From positions 12,537,175 to 12,601,174 of the forward strand of contig MU056000.1 of NCBI GenBank assembly GCA_013239625.1: a DNA stretch of 64,000 bases. Direction: 5' to 3'. Numbering within the stretch: position 1 is the first letter of the stretch; each line of letters begins with the position of its first letter. The position numbers were made by a program, and so were the translations under genes. Below the pieces are notes generated by a model. The model ran no database searches. It had not been told where the DNA came from and saw only the letters and a program-made list of their open reading frames with translations. Origin of the DNA: Lama guanicoe. Taxonomy: Eukaryota. Shown one piece after another: positions 49,904 through 62,669 of this stretch.

Positions 49904-50400
49904 TATCAGATCGGTTGGATTGAGTCAAGAAAAATAAAAGCCACTTAAGATATTTCCAGCACTTTTATTTGTAGGGAGGTTTTTAATTGCTATTTCTATT
50001 TCCTTTCTAGTGATCGGATTGTAGAGAGGTATTTAATATGGGCAATTAGATTCTAAAATTATTGTAAAGGTTGGAGAAACAGAAAACGAAGTGGTTTTCA
50101 AAGGTCAGAAACTACAGGGAGGTGTTACCAGACCTGCGTCCCTGAATCCCTCTGCCCCAAACTGCCTGTGATGGTCTGTTGCTTCACCCTAGCCCAGGTG
50201 TCCTACAGGTACCAATGAGCCTACAGCCACTGCTGTGGCCTGAAGAAGAAGGGTTCTTACTCTTCTTCTATCCTCTGATCTCATGAGAGAGCCTCCTGAG
50301 GGCAAAACCTTGACTAGAGCCCTGCTAGCAAAAGAGCCCGGGAAATGTGGTTTCCAGGCTGCCAGCCCCTGCCTGGCCTGACAGAGCCGACAACAGGTAC
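49904..50400 (-). mobile_element. Old ERVL LTR (LTR33-like)
   Basis: gtcaagaaaaataaaagccact...atttaatatgggcaatt...cctcctgagggcaaaacc...gggaaatgtggtttccaggct. Confidence 0.5.
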
Positions 50401-50639
50401 TAACTAGCATGATGTAGAGCGCTTTTTAGAGAGATTTCTCAGGTAGTGACTGAAGTCTCATTTCTCCAGTAATGCTTTCTTCCCCTACCTCCACTAACCC
50501 ATATTGTAATCCCTTGCAATTGACTTTGGTTTGGTTTTGCCTTGTTATTTTCTACCATTAACATTATATACTTGTTTTTATGTTTTAGTTTTATCTCCTC
50601 AACTGGATTTTTAAAGATTGGGAGTACAACTTCATTTAT

Positions 50640-51060
50640 TAACAGATAATGATTTACTGTACAAGAAACAAATCGCTCTTCACGATGTTGACGACAGAGC
50701 AGTAAGCAAGACGCTCATAGTCTGCTCTAAAGGAGCTTACGTTCTAGCGGGAGAAACTGGGAATAAAGAAATACATGGATATTTAATATTACATGGTGAT
50801 AAATGCTATGAAAACAATTAAGTAGGTAAAGTGACGGAGAAGGGCAGTGAGGGACGGTGTCCAAGGAAGGATTCTCTGATAAGAGGACCTGTAGGATATG
50901 AGCGAGGAGGAGCCAGCCGCTTATCTGGGAAGAGAGGTTTTCAGGCAGACTTGAGCATGGCATGTTAGAGGACAGCCAAGGAGTCCAGTGATGCTGGGCA
51001 GAGACAGCACAGGAAGGTGTTAAGAAACAAGATCACAGAGGGGAGGGGGTGGGGAAACGC
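50640..51060 (-). mobile_element. L2 fragment
   Basis: ggagcttacgttctagcgggag...gtgataaatgctatgaaaac...gaggacagccaaggagtccagtg. Confidence 0.7.
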
Positions 51061-51308
51061 TGTGTCAGACTTAGACATCTATTTTTTGTATTCCTCATCG
51101 CGCTGGCTTTCTTCTGGGAAGATAACATTTAACCTCAGTCTTCAAACCCAACGCCCACCTCTCCCCAAATTATCTTTTTCCTTTTTGTATTTTTATTTTT
51201 CTCTCTTCCCTCTGATGTGGGTCTGTAGTTATATTTATTTTCCCCTTTATTAAATGTGCAAGGACCACTTGCCAGAATGTGGGACAGTTGGGTTATTCCA
51301 GTGGACAG

Positions 51309-51322
51309 GTTGCCTTGGCAAC
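51309..51322. promoter_or_regulatory. RFX X-box motif
   Basis: GTTGCCTTGGCAAC, one base from the palindromic consensus GTTGCCATGGCAAC, in non-repetitive sequence. Confidence 0.55.
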
Positions 51323-51956
51323 GAGGCAAATCTTACTCATCTCAGCAAAACCTTATCAATAAAGCAGGTCTCTTAAGAGACTAGTGTTCACGTCCTTACG
51401 TGTCTGTTATGCTTTCCTCCATCCCTTACCCACGGCAATTCTCAGATGAATTAGGCAAATACAGATTGACTGAATGGCTCCACAGAAGCAGACACTAGGA
51501 AAGAGTAATAAGAGAATGATCTTCAGCGGCCACAGTGGACACCCCCAAGTTACCATATTGTTTCAGTTTCCTAGTTCCACCACCGCAAGTTCGTATCCCT
51601 CCCAGGCACAGGTATGCAGGAGCCACATTGAACACCTGTCGTTTATTTACACTGGCCAGTATCCACTGCCTAGAAGCCCCAGGCAACACTAAAGCAGCGC
51701 TTGGAAGGAGGAAGAGTGTATTCAGTCTTGCCAACTGCTGTTTATGGATGGACAGGTATGTCAGTCTCTGAAAAGTCAAAATAAAGGAAAAGAAATGCAT
51801 CTCAGACCTTTCAGGTTAAAACTTAAGGCACCTCATACCACTGAAATAAATTATTGAATTCATGGTGTAAACAGGCATATGAGCTAAGATTTTTTTGTTA
51901 CAGTAAGTTGCCCTTCTTGTCTGAAATAGTTATGAAAAAATTAAGGAACAATCTTT

Positions 51957-52453
51957 GTATTGGTTCAGAGAAACAGCACGTGTATCTCCTCATGCACATG
52001 TACATACATATATATACATGCACACACATATAATGTACATACACACATATATTTACTTATCTATCAAGCATATATTCTATTTATTCATCAACTGGAATCA
52101 ACAGGCTCACATGATTCCTGAGGCTGGCAAGTACAAAATTGGAAGGGCAGACCGGTAGGCTGTAAATTCAGGTAAGAGTTGATGTCACAGTCCTGAGTCT
52201 AAAGGCAGCAGGCTAGAAGCAGGCAGAATTTCTATGTTCCAGTCTTGTGTAGAATTTATTCTTCTATGAGAAACCTCTAACTGATTGAATACAGCCAATT
52301 ATATTATGGGGAGTAATCTGCTTTATTCAAAGTCTACTGGTTTAAATCTTAGTTACATCGTCAAATACCTTCACAACAACATCTAGACCGGTGTCTGACC
52401 AAATGATTCAGCACTGCAGCCTAGCCAATTCGACACATGCGATGAGTCATCCA
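51957..52453 (-). mobile_element. MLT2 (ERVL) solo LTR
   Basis: tgtattggttcagagaaacag...ggctcacatgattcctgaggctggcaagt...aatctgctttattcaaagtctactg...aataccttcacaacaacatctagac...gcctagccaattcgacacat. Confidence 0.85.
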
Positions 52454-53284
52454 AAAGCTCAAAATAAGAGATTTGATTTTGATAATTCTAGTTTCCTGAG
52501 AGTAATTTCTTTTTTTAAATGTGAGGGAGTAAAAAAGAAGTGAAACTAGGATGTAAAAGAAATATGGCAACTAGAATAAAAGTGATTCTAGCCATGATGG
52601 CAACTTCCTTATCCTTCATTTTTTTTCTCGCTTCCTTAATTGTAGCACTTTGAGATGATAAAAACCCAGTTAGGGAGGCATATTCTATAAGTTGATGAAC
52701 CAGAATTTGCTTCATAATTATTTTTATAGAGTATCATCAAGTTAAAAAAAATAACCATATACTTTGACAAAAGGAAACTATTACATACCCTGGATAAAAT
52801 TAAAATTTGTATAATGTGAGACCTTTTCAGCTAAGATAATTAATGTCTTCCATTAGTGTGGTGTGGTTTGCTTAAAACAAATGAATATTTGTTTTGACAA
52901 TAAAAGTGTATGAAAGACTAAAGTCAATTAGTTAGTGTTGGGTTTTGGCCCTACGAGATGTCTCTCTATGGCTTATGTGATTATATCTTCTGTGATTTAT
53001 GCAATTTTCCATGATTGTCAGTTTCTGTTGTTGGATGATCTTCTATTGCAAAGCAGGAGTGTATGCCTTTTGGGTCTTGCTAACATTCTCCCTCATCTGA
53101 CACAGTCTTTGCTGATATAGGAACTGGGATGATATTGTGGACCCAAAAGGATGACCACACTGTGATGGTTTCATGTGTCAGCTTGCCTAGGCTGTACCAC
53201 CCAATAATTTAATCAAACACTAACCTAGATGTTGCTGTGAAAGTATTCTGTAGATGTGGTTGATACTACAATCAATTGACTTTA

Positions 53285-53607
53285 TGTATTTATCTGATAA
53301 AAAGGATACTCAAAATCAGAATCAAAATTAAAAACTGAATTAGAAATAAATAAAAATGAAAATAAAGTACAATTTTATTTTAAATAAAATACATTAAAAT
53401 TTAAAAAATTAAATGAAAAGGGGATTAAGAGGTACAAACTACTATGTATAAAATAAATAAGCTGTAAGGATATACTGTACAGCATGTGGAATGCAGCCAA
53501 TATTTTATAATACTTATAAATGGAGTATCATCTTTAAATATTGTGAATCACTGATATACCTGAAACTTATATAATACTGTAAATCAATACATCTCAATTA
53601 AAAAAAT
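53285..53607 (+). mobile_element. L1 3' end inside MLT2
   Basis: gggattaagaggtacaaactactatgtataaaataaataagc...tactgtacagc...cctgaaacttatataatactgtaaatcaatac...caattaaaaaaa. Confidence 0.85.
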
Positions 53608-53636
53608 GTACAATTAACTTCAAGTAATTGATTGTA

Positions 53637-53960
53637 CTTTTTTTCTCCTTTTTCAGTTTTATTAGGTAGAATTGTTACAGTTTGACTGCACATACACATT
53701 ATATTGCATGTAAGTATGTATATACAGTATTATGCACTTTTTTTTAGTTTACATATATGTACAAATTATTGTTTCTAAGAAGAGATTAGATCTTTAACTT
53801 TTTAAATTTACATAGTTATCAAAGGAATAAAGCCAACTACAAAACAAGAATCAACAGAATGCGGTAATCCAATTATAAAGGACAGTCAAATGTGCTTACA
53901 CATATTCAAGAAATCAAAATAATAATTAGTTCATTTGTGTCCTTATTATTATTGTTATTA
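53637..53960 (-). other. Polyadenylated insert of unknown origin inside MLT2 (candidate retrocopied 3' UTR)
   Basis: On the minus strand, an AT-rich segment ends in AATAAA (53658-53663) and an A-rich tail (53638-53653). I do not recognise it as MLT2. Confidence 0.45.
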
Positions 53961-56249
53961 CACTTAAGTAAGGAGATTACCCTTGATAATACGAACACAT
54001 TCATCCAATCATTTGAAGCCCTTAAGAGCAAAAGCTGAGGTTTCTTGGATGCAGAAGAAATTATGCTTCAACACTGTAACATAGTAATCCTGCCTGAATT
54101 TCCAGCTTGCCACCTGCCCAATGCATTTCAGATAACCTCCACCACCATGTAAGCCAATTCCTTGAAATAAACCTCCAAGAAAAAACATATATATACATAC
54201 ATGAATAGTTATACATACGTATATATATCCTACTAGTTTTGTTTCCCTGGAGAACCCTGAATGATACCTACACTAATATTGCTTTTGTTTAACTCATTTA
54301 TTTGCATTATTGAAATCGGAACGTATCTGTTAAAAATTAGTGTCTGTATGACGTTGCTTAGTCTAATGGGCATAAGAGGTCATTTAGGCCATGGTGCTGG
54401 GGATCTGTTTGTATAGATCAAAAAGCTATTTTACTAGGAATGGCTAATGACTTGGAAAACCTTTTGCAAGTTGGATTAAAAGTAAGGTTCATTAAACTAG
54501 ACAGTATCACCTTATAAAATTAATTTGTTTGGCTGTGGGATTTAACCTTGAAAGTATTCCTTGTCCAATATAACTTAGAGATTTATTTAGTTATATCTAG
54601 TTATTTTTAACTAGGGAATTGACTCTCTAGTTAAAAAAATAGACTAATATAATGGCAATGCCTAAAATCATGTCCAACTGCAAATTAAGTTCCTCTGCCA
54701 ATGGAAGCAATCACAGACGGGGAGTTGAGCGCATTTGTCATGTCATATGGGTAAAGTTCAAAGCATGTGGTAAGGAATCCTGCGTGAATTTCAGCACCTT
54801 AAAAAAAGGATGTCAGAATCTGAGCTTGGTTTAAAAACAAATACCAGTGGAGGGAAGTGTCTTAGTTTTTCTGACAGAAAATACTAAGATAGAGAACAGC
54901 ACAGATGTTCAGAATATGGGCTAATTAAGGAGGCTTCTCAAAATTGCCATCAATGGATCTATTTGAGAAGGAGTTGGGTGTAGAATGCATTCTTAATACT
55001 ATTCCAGAAATGCAGACACAAATATGCAGTCTTAGGAAACTCAGCCCAGAGCCAGTTTGCGACAGAGGGCAGAAAACTGACAAGGGTTTCCTGAAAGTAA
55101 ATTTGCTGTGCATGTGTTAAAATATGTGATTTTACAAATTATCATGAGTGCCACCAAGATCACAGTTTTATTACTCATATAAAGTGTTCTTCTGCTTTCT
55201 TGAGTTAACCGATAAAATTTGGGGAGGCTGACATGTGACTATAAGAAGTCAGGCAAGCTAGGTCAAGGAAGTACAGGCTTAGAGGGGATGATTCTTCGGT
55301 GATTTGAATTAAACTTGGCATATTGACCCCTTTCTGCTGACACTCCTCTTTTGAAGGTCACCATCTCTCTCACTGTCAGGTCTGGTGGCTTTTCACCTAC
55401 CATTATCTTCAGCTTCTGCTGAAGTTACTCCTCCGGTATTTTGAGTCCTGACTCTTCCTTTCCTTGGCTAGTTTTTTTCTTAGTCTTCTCTATTGATTTC
55501 TGTCTTTCTCCAACTCTCATTTGCTCAAGTGCTTCATTCTCTACCAGAATGAAATGTGAGAGACCCTCAAGAATGATGTTAGCACTGAAATAAAATCATT
55601 TTAGGAGACACTCTTTTCACCAGTGGGAAAACAAATTTCCTAGGTCCAACTTCCTGTTTTCTCCCCTAGCTCTCCTCCTCATCACTCTTTGTGAAGAAGA
55701 AGGCATTTTTAAATCATGATAAAGCGTGGGGTTATGTTGAGAATTCTTCCAAATCAGCCGGAGAAAGGTTTTTGCTTGAAGTGTTGTGCTGCCTTGTGCT
55801 GAAGGGTGTGGAAGTCCTCTGTTGAGCCTTTCTATGAGAGACAGTGAGAAACCCCAACTCAGAGGAGCTGTCCTCCAGGATGGAGTTAGGGACACGGGTC
55901 CCAGAGGCTAGGCCTGGAGCACACGTCAGGTCACACCGGCTGTCTTGAGTAGATCTGAAGGGTAGAAAGAGTGGGAGTGAGATGAGCTGCAGAAATACTT
56001 CTTGGGGCCCTTGGGAGCCCCACTGTGTAGGGACTGAAAGCACCCTTGGCAAAAGGAGAGAAATACTTTCATACTTCACTTTGTGAACAACTTGTTTTGC
56101 TCCTGAATGAAGACCCTGCCCACCTGCTCTTTCTGTCATTGAGAGGCTGGTGGAAATCTCACCTGGATCCAGGTAGGACTGCCTCTGGTCTGTGGGAACC
56201 ACTGGAGATGTAGTGATGGGTCTCGCCTCTCATCTTCTGTCATTTCACC

Positions 56250-56790
56250 AAAACATCACCCCCATATGTCTAACTGCCTTCTGGAGGTATAACTTAGATA
56301 TCCTCACACTTGAAGAAACCCAACCTGTCTCAATTTGTACAAACCCTGTCCTCTCTCCCTATTGTGTCTCCTGTTCCTGATTCCCAGGGGCGTCATGAGT
56401 CTCCCAACCAAGAGGCTTGGGAATTTGGAGTTCCATTTGACTCTTCTTTTATGTCTAATGACTCACATTTGTTCTGTTTCAAGTCCTGTGGCTTGTTGGC
56501 CCTGGTTCGTATCTTGTATCTCTACTCCCTTTTCCATTAACTTTGTGAACATCCTCATCCAAGACTTATTTACCTCGTGCCTCCTAATTGGCTTCTTCCT
56601 CCTTCCTCTCTGATCCAAGTGGAATACTTTAGCTGGATTTGATTTCTTAAAAGAAATTCCTCTTTCTTGCTGTTGCTATTCAAAACCTCTCAGTTTATCT
56701 GTCTTTCTGGTGTCCAGAGTCCTTAGATCTAGCTTCATCCTTCAAGCATGCTTATTTCTCCGACGTAACCTCTTCATTCACCTTAGAATG
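56250..56790 (+). mobile_element. L2 fragment
   Basis: ccaaccaagaggcttgggaatttggagttccatttgactcttct...tcaagtcctgt...cctcctaattggcttc...ttcaaaacctctcagt. Confidence 0.6.
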
Positions 56791-57914
56791 ATCCTATGGC
56801 TACCGGGACAAGCCTTACTTACTCTTACCTCACTGTCTTTCCTCTTCATCTTCATACCTCCCTACATCAATGATGATTTTAAGTTCTTGCAATCTGCTTT
56901 TACTGCTTTGAAACTCAGAAAGCATTATTTCCTTTGTATTCTTATTGCTCATATCACTTATAGAATGCTTAGCACATCCTTGGATTTCCTCTCTAGGACC
57001 CATTTATTTTCTATGTATGCTGAGTATTGTGCTAGGCACTGGGTATATGGTGGTAGAAGACATAGTCTACCTCCATACATGTGATTCCCCAATTTCCCCA
57101 TTTTGAGACACTGCTAAGCTCTGCCAAGAATTGTTCTCCTTTATTACAGGAAATCTAGTAAATTTAGCTTTGCTTGAGCAGCAGGCTTTTCTGGTGACTT
57201 TGTGGGAGATTGATGAGATATTTTTATTCTGTCTCAAAATCCTTTATCTTCCTGGCTTCGCCTAAGCCTTCATCCACGTGGCTCCTAACTGACACCCTTC
57301 CCCCAACAGCCCCTTCATAAGTAGATAATTTAATTCAGCCCCATCTGGTGAAGCCATAGGCCCTAGTGGTCCAACCACCAAGTGGACTGACCCTAGCATT
57401 TTCTCCACCAGGTGGGTCTCTAGCTAAGGACTTTAATACGGTTGTCTCCATAATGTAACGTTGCACAGCTCTACCTAGAGTCTGGGTGGAACGCAATTCA
57501 CTGTAGAGTCTTTATCCTTTTTTCCATTCCTTTCCTCTCTACCTACCTCAGGAGTCTGAAACAGCTGCCTAGCAGCTGCTTAAGAAATAGTTTGAAAGCG
57601 TAGAGTCAGCAGATGGCAGGAAGAAACGTTCACAACACTGACTCTGCCATACTTCCCCTCTTTCAAGGACAGGAGGGTTTGTTTTCGTGTGTGGAGATAG
57701 ACTTACATGAGGATTACCCCCCTCTCCAACCAACTTCTCCCATTTTAACACCATGGTGTGTCAACATCTCTGATTTCAAAAAAGAAAAAACAAAAGGGAA
57801 GGATAGGAGGAAATCCAGAAATTCTTTGGGATTAACCAATGTTTCTGTGAACCTTTTAGAAGCATGGCGAAATTCTTTAAAGCACAAGTGTGCTTTTAAA
57901 AGCCCCCCATAAAT

Positions 57915-58170
57915 ACAATTTTTAATGACTATATAACATTCCATCATAGTCACACTCAGTCATTTTTCTTTACTGTTTCTCTGTTGATGGACATTTCAGT
58001 TGTTCATCATGTTCAGGATTTTGAACATTCTGGAGAATAAATTCTTGTCTGCATTCCTTATTGTTTTCCTTCAGGATGAATTTCTGACTGTGGAATTCCT
58101 GGATGAAAGGCTACAGCCATTTTAAGGGACTTAACTATACACTGTACACGGATTTCCCTTTGGAAATTTG
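57915..58170 (-). mobile_element. Old L1 (L1ME-like) fragment
   Basis: ttttaatgactatataacattccatc...ctgttgatggacatttcagttgtt...gtggaattcctggatgaaaggg. Confidence 0.65.
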
Positions 58171-59019
58171 AAATATCTTTTGTGAGATGGATTAATTCAT
58201 GGCAGAGATGAAATATACAGTGTTAATTGTTGGCATTAGCTGCCGGCCATATTTATATTGGAACCACACTTTTGAATTTCAATATGCACAAACTTGTATC
58301 TTTGTACTTGGACAGCAAGCAGACCCAGTGGATGGCAGACAGAGTCTGCCTATTTAGAGAAAAGCCTTTAGCATTCACATGCCAGATTCAAGAAATGCCC
58401 AAATTCTCCATTTCCCACTGGAGCTGTGGGATTCTAGGCTTGCTGGAGAACACGGATGCCAGAGGCCTGAGAGCCCCTTCCTGGTCTCAGATGAGACGTT
58501 CATTCCCATTGAGAGGAGCATTCTCCTCTCTTGGAATGATTTTCTGTGCTTTCTTTTGTCGGAACGCATTGTACTTTTCAAAAGCAAGATCCTCTCTCTC
58601 CCCTTTGCTTAGGCATGTTGAGAGTGGTACGTTTTCCTAAATTGCCTAACCAAGCAGAGCAATTAGCGCCCAAGGAGACAGGAGGCTGGCTGCCTTGCAG
58701 AATGAATGGTTTTCATGGGAACGGCAGTGAAAGCACTGCACAGAGCAAGGAAACTTGCCAGAACCTTGTTTGGTGCTGGCCCTCCTGTTTGGTTTTATAA
58801 GAAGTTGTTTATATTTGCTGATGCTCTAATAAACAGCCCTTTCATGGGGCAAATCCTTGAAATAGTTTCCTTCCCAACATGAGTCCCTATCGCCAGTCAG
58901 ACCCTACAACCCAGAATTAGCTAAGAGTAACCATGGTCTCTGCTGTCCTCTGGCAAATTAATTCAGCCATCGGGAAGCCCCTGGTCTTTTGCCTCCTATG
59001 TGAAGGTTTTCTTCAACCA

Positions 59020-59765
59020 CTCGGTTTTCAAATGTTCATCAATTGGCCAACTGGGTCAGATCCTGTTTTGGACACTGAGGATAAAGTGATGGATGAGACA
59101 GACAAGGTCCCATTTCTCATGGAGCTAACATTCTAGTGGGTGTAGTCAGACAATAAACAGATAAATAAACATGAAATGTGTCAGATGCTGATAAAGAATG
59201 CAGAGAATTAGAATAGCCTGTTAAGATGGTGAATCTCTAGCCCTGTTTGGGTTGTCCAGGAAGGCATCTCTGAGATGGATTCTGAATAATAGCTCAGATT
59301 GGCCTATTCAGAAGAGGGTTGAGTATGTCAGGCCACGGAAGACATAGGTACCAAAGCCCCAAGATAAGAAATAAATTGGTGGATTTAATAAACAGAAAAC
59401 CAGAAAGAAGGCCACATGGAAAGGACTTACTGAGCAAGGGGGAGAGTGTACTATCTGATAAGTTTCAGTAAGTAGACAGGACATGGTCAGTTGTCATAAA
59501 GGACATCGAAAGTCAGAATAACGTGATGGGGTTTTATTATAAGTGTGATAGGAAGGCAACAGATGATTCTAAGCAAGAAATGACATATGATTTGTGTTTT
59601 TAAAAACCTACTCTGCTGGCTGAGTGTTAACTGTACTGTAGGACCACCCAAGGAGGTACAAAGGTGAGTGAGGAGCCTATGACAGAGGGAAGTCCAGAAG
59701 AGAGAAGAAGATGGCTGGACTAGGGCGGCAGTGGTGGAGATACAAAGTAATGTTAGAACTAGGAT
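59020..59765 (-). mobile_element. L2 fragment
   Basis: ctcatggagctaacattctagtggg...agacaataaac...gtccaggaaggcatctctgag...tgatttgtgtttttaaaaa...gatggctggactagggcggcagtggtggagat. Confidence 0.75.
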
Positions 59766-59772
59766 ATGAACT

Positions 59773-60545
59773 TGTGGATTTTTTTTTTCTTTCTAACAAC
59801 AGTACCAGCTGGGTGTCTGACAATCAGTTCAGTTCTGACACTAACTATCCAGTTAGCACGGAGCTTAGTCCCATACAATGACCCTGGTTTAGACACCAGC
59901 CTCACACGAGATCCCTAGACCGCCTGCACTTCTACATGGCTGGGCACAAATTTGGGGGTTCCAAGATGCCCCCTGGGGTTTGCCAGAATGACTCGCAGAA
60001 TGCAGGAAAGAGCTGTACTTAGGATCACAGTTATTAGAAAGGATACAGTGATCGCCCAGATGGAGACGTGCATAGAGCGAGGTCTGGAAGCGTCCCAAGT
60101 GCAGGAGCCTCTGTCCCCTTGGAGTTAAGATGCACCATCCTTCTGGCATGTGGATGCCTTCACCAACCCAGAAGCTTCTTCACTTTCATTGTTTCAGAGT
60201 TTTAATCCAAGCCGCACTGCATAGGCAGGGTTGATTAAATCATTGGCCATTGGCAATGGAACTGGATCTCCAGCCTCCTTTCTTTCACCAGAGGTGGGGA
60301 GTGGTGAGGAAGTCCCAACCCTCTGATCACCCGCTTAGTTCCCCTGGTGACCAGCCCTCATCCTGCAGCTCTGTTAGGGTCCTGCCAAGAGTCACCTCAT
60401 TAGCATAAACCCAGGTATGGTTGAAGGAGCTCATTACGAATAACAAAAGACACATCACTCAGGAAATTCCTAGTGTTTTCTGTACTAGGAAATCTGTACT
60501 AGGAATGGGGACAAAGACCAAATACATATTTTTTCTTATAGCACA
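59773..60545 (-). mobile_element. MER21-like LTR
   Basis: caccagctgggtgtc-like start, ttctgacactaacta...caaatttgggggttcc...ggttgattaaatcattggccattgg...agtcacctcattagcataaac...gaataacaaaagacac...gggacaaagaccaaata. Confidence 0.85.
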
Positions 60546-60585
60546 GAATCGGAGGTAGAATTTATAAGCTGGAATGTGGGGAATG

Positions 60586-60993
60586 CAGTGAGGGTTCAGA
60601 GAAACAGAACCACTGTAATAACATTATATCTGTATCTATATATTGTATTGTTATCATATAATGTTATCACATAATATATGTATATCGATATTATGTTATC
60701 TATCTATCCAAAGAGATTTATTATAAGGGATTGGCTCTTGAACTTAGGGAGGCTGGGAAGTCCAGAATTCTCAGTGTCGGCTGGCAGGCTCAAGACCCAG
60801 GAAAGCCAATGGTGCAGGGCCGGTCAGAAGGCAACTTGCTGAAGAATTTGCTTTTGCTCAGGGAGGCCACTCTTTTGTTCCATTTGACCTTCAAGCAATT
60901 GGATGAGGTCCACCCACACTGTGGAGTGTAATGTGCTTTACCCAAAGTTCACCCACTTACCTCCCAAGTTGATTTATGAAATTAACCATCACA
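60586..60993 (-). mobile_element. MLT2 (ERVL) LTR
   Basis: gggttcagagaaacagaacca...gagatttattataagggattggct...gacccaggaaagccaatggtgcag...ttggatgaggtccacccacac...aaattaaccatcaca. Confidence 0.85.
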
Positions 60994-62669
60994 ATGGGTA
61001 ACTCCTACCTTTCTTGCTTATGTGTCACTGAATCATCTTGGTGTCTTAGCTTATTGGATGATGACAGAGATATGTGATGTAGTTTTGATTTTGTGGTTTC
61101 CAAAGCTTGTTGAGATCACTGTACAAGAGTTTTTCTTGCCCCAGCACTTTTTTTTTTTAGGTGATGGTGAGGACATACCAGGAGGAAGGGGAAAAGTTAG
61201 AAGTATTTGTTGATATATTTACAAATTTTGAATTGATTGGCCATTGCACGCCCATGGTAGAAGAGCAGTGAGGACCGCATGTAGGCAGATGTGTGTGCAA
61301 AAGCCTGCAGTGTTGCAACCTCTGTGTCAGTTACAGGGGTCTTGGAGCAGCTTCTGTTCAGCAGCTTCCTTATCGATATACTGATCTCAGGAATGGTCTT
61401 TTTTTTTTTTTTTCAGCTTAAGAAACACAGTGTGAGCAAAGTTTTATAGGAGGATGCCATATCCCTCCTGCTGGGTGGCCATCAGAGATGAACTGGCTGC
61501 TGGTGAGGGAGGTCATCACAGGATGAGGAGGGGAGGGACAGCAGCCCTGTCCTTGGGCACTGGTGTTGCTTAAGGAGTGATGGCAGTAGAGTCTGTAGAA
61601 GGTGGATCACTCAGCTGCCCTCAAACTGCTGGGGGTCAAGGAAAGCTCTTTGCATCCCTTCCTCTTGTGCATATGGCCACTCCATGGCTGGCCCTTTCAA
61701 TCGGGATCCCCAAATCTTTTTCCTTCGATGTCCCCTCACTTCCCTAACCTAGAGAGATTGTTCTATAGTCTTTGGGGAGAAATCCTTTCTACCTCAGGCA
61801 TATTTCTGCCAGAGATTTCCTTCTATCATTTTGCACTACTCTTGACATCAATTCTGAGGAACTTTGCTTTGGTTTGGAAATCAGTCTTTAGAAAACGAAA
61901 AGCTCTGAGCTTCTCAACTCATGCAAACAGAGCTTCGTTAGAACGGCGTGGGATGGAGCAAGGTGCCAAGAGTTTGGGAAAGAAAAGGGAAACACACTGG
62001 AGGGGAAAAAATCATTTAATATCTCAAAAGTGTTAGCCTGGCCTATGAGGATCAGGATCTCAATCCAATGTTTTTCTTTCAAATAATCCACAGAAGTCTG
62101 CTTTCACATCAGTTCCTAAAAGAATAGCTCTTCCATTATTTGAGTGAATTTTTAATAATATTTTTTTCATAATGAGTTGAAAGTCTATCCTGAGAAAGCT
62201 GTAAGAATGCTCAAACTAAACTGCAGCCCAGAGAAGCAAGCTAAGAGGAAGGATAAACAATGACCTCCATTTAAAAGTGTCTCCCTCCATTGGCCACCCT
62301 TTCTTCATAACATAGACTCCTCTTGTAGACTTTATCCCTTTATGCTGTTCTCTGTCCTTGCCTAGAGGCACATGGTCCCCAAATGGGATGTGTGCATAAG
62401 GCTGAGTGTGGGGAAGCCGGAGGATTTCTTTGGGTGTGGGAAGCAAATATCAGGATTTACACTTAAAAAAAAAATCTCACCTTTTACATTTTTCTACTTT
62501 TTTGATGTTAAAATATTAGTAACACAATGAACATGCATGGAATATAAAAGTAAGTCCAGCGGTACAAGAAAAATTTTCAGGACTCCAGAGCTAGAAATCT
62601 TGCAGGTTTATATTGTCTTTTGTAAGCCTGACTTTCTAAGTTATTGATCCTAAAAGCTTGAATTGCTTC

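Larger units (their letters stand above)
53161..54268 (+). mobile_element. MLT2 (ERVL) solo LTR split by two insertions (53285-53961)
   Basis: tgtgatggtt...aatcaaacactaacctagatgttgctgtgaaagta...caattgacttta. It resumes at about 53962 as acttaagtaaggagattaccctt...ccatgtaagccaattccttgaaataaac...tggagaaccctgaatgatac. Confidence 0.85.

Noticed and set aside
55880..57560. Additional old LTR fragments at about 55.9-56.2 kb and 57.1-57.5 kb
   Set aside because: LTR-like in feel, but I could not fix the family, strand or boundaries well enough to list them.
9345..58626. Assigning a host gene symbol
   Set aside because: None of the candidate exons or peptides matched a gene I could recognise with confidence.
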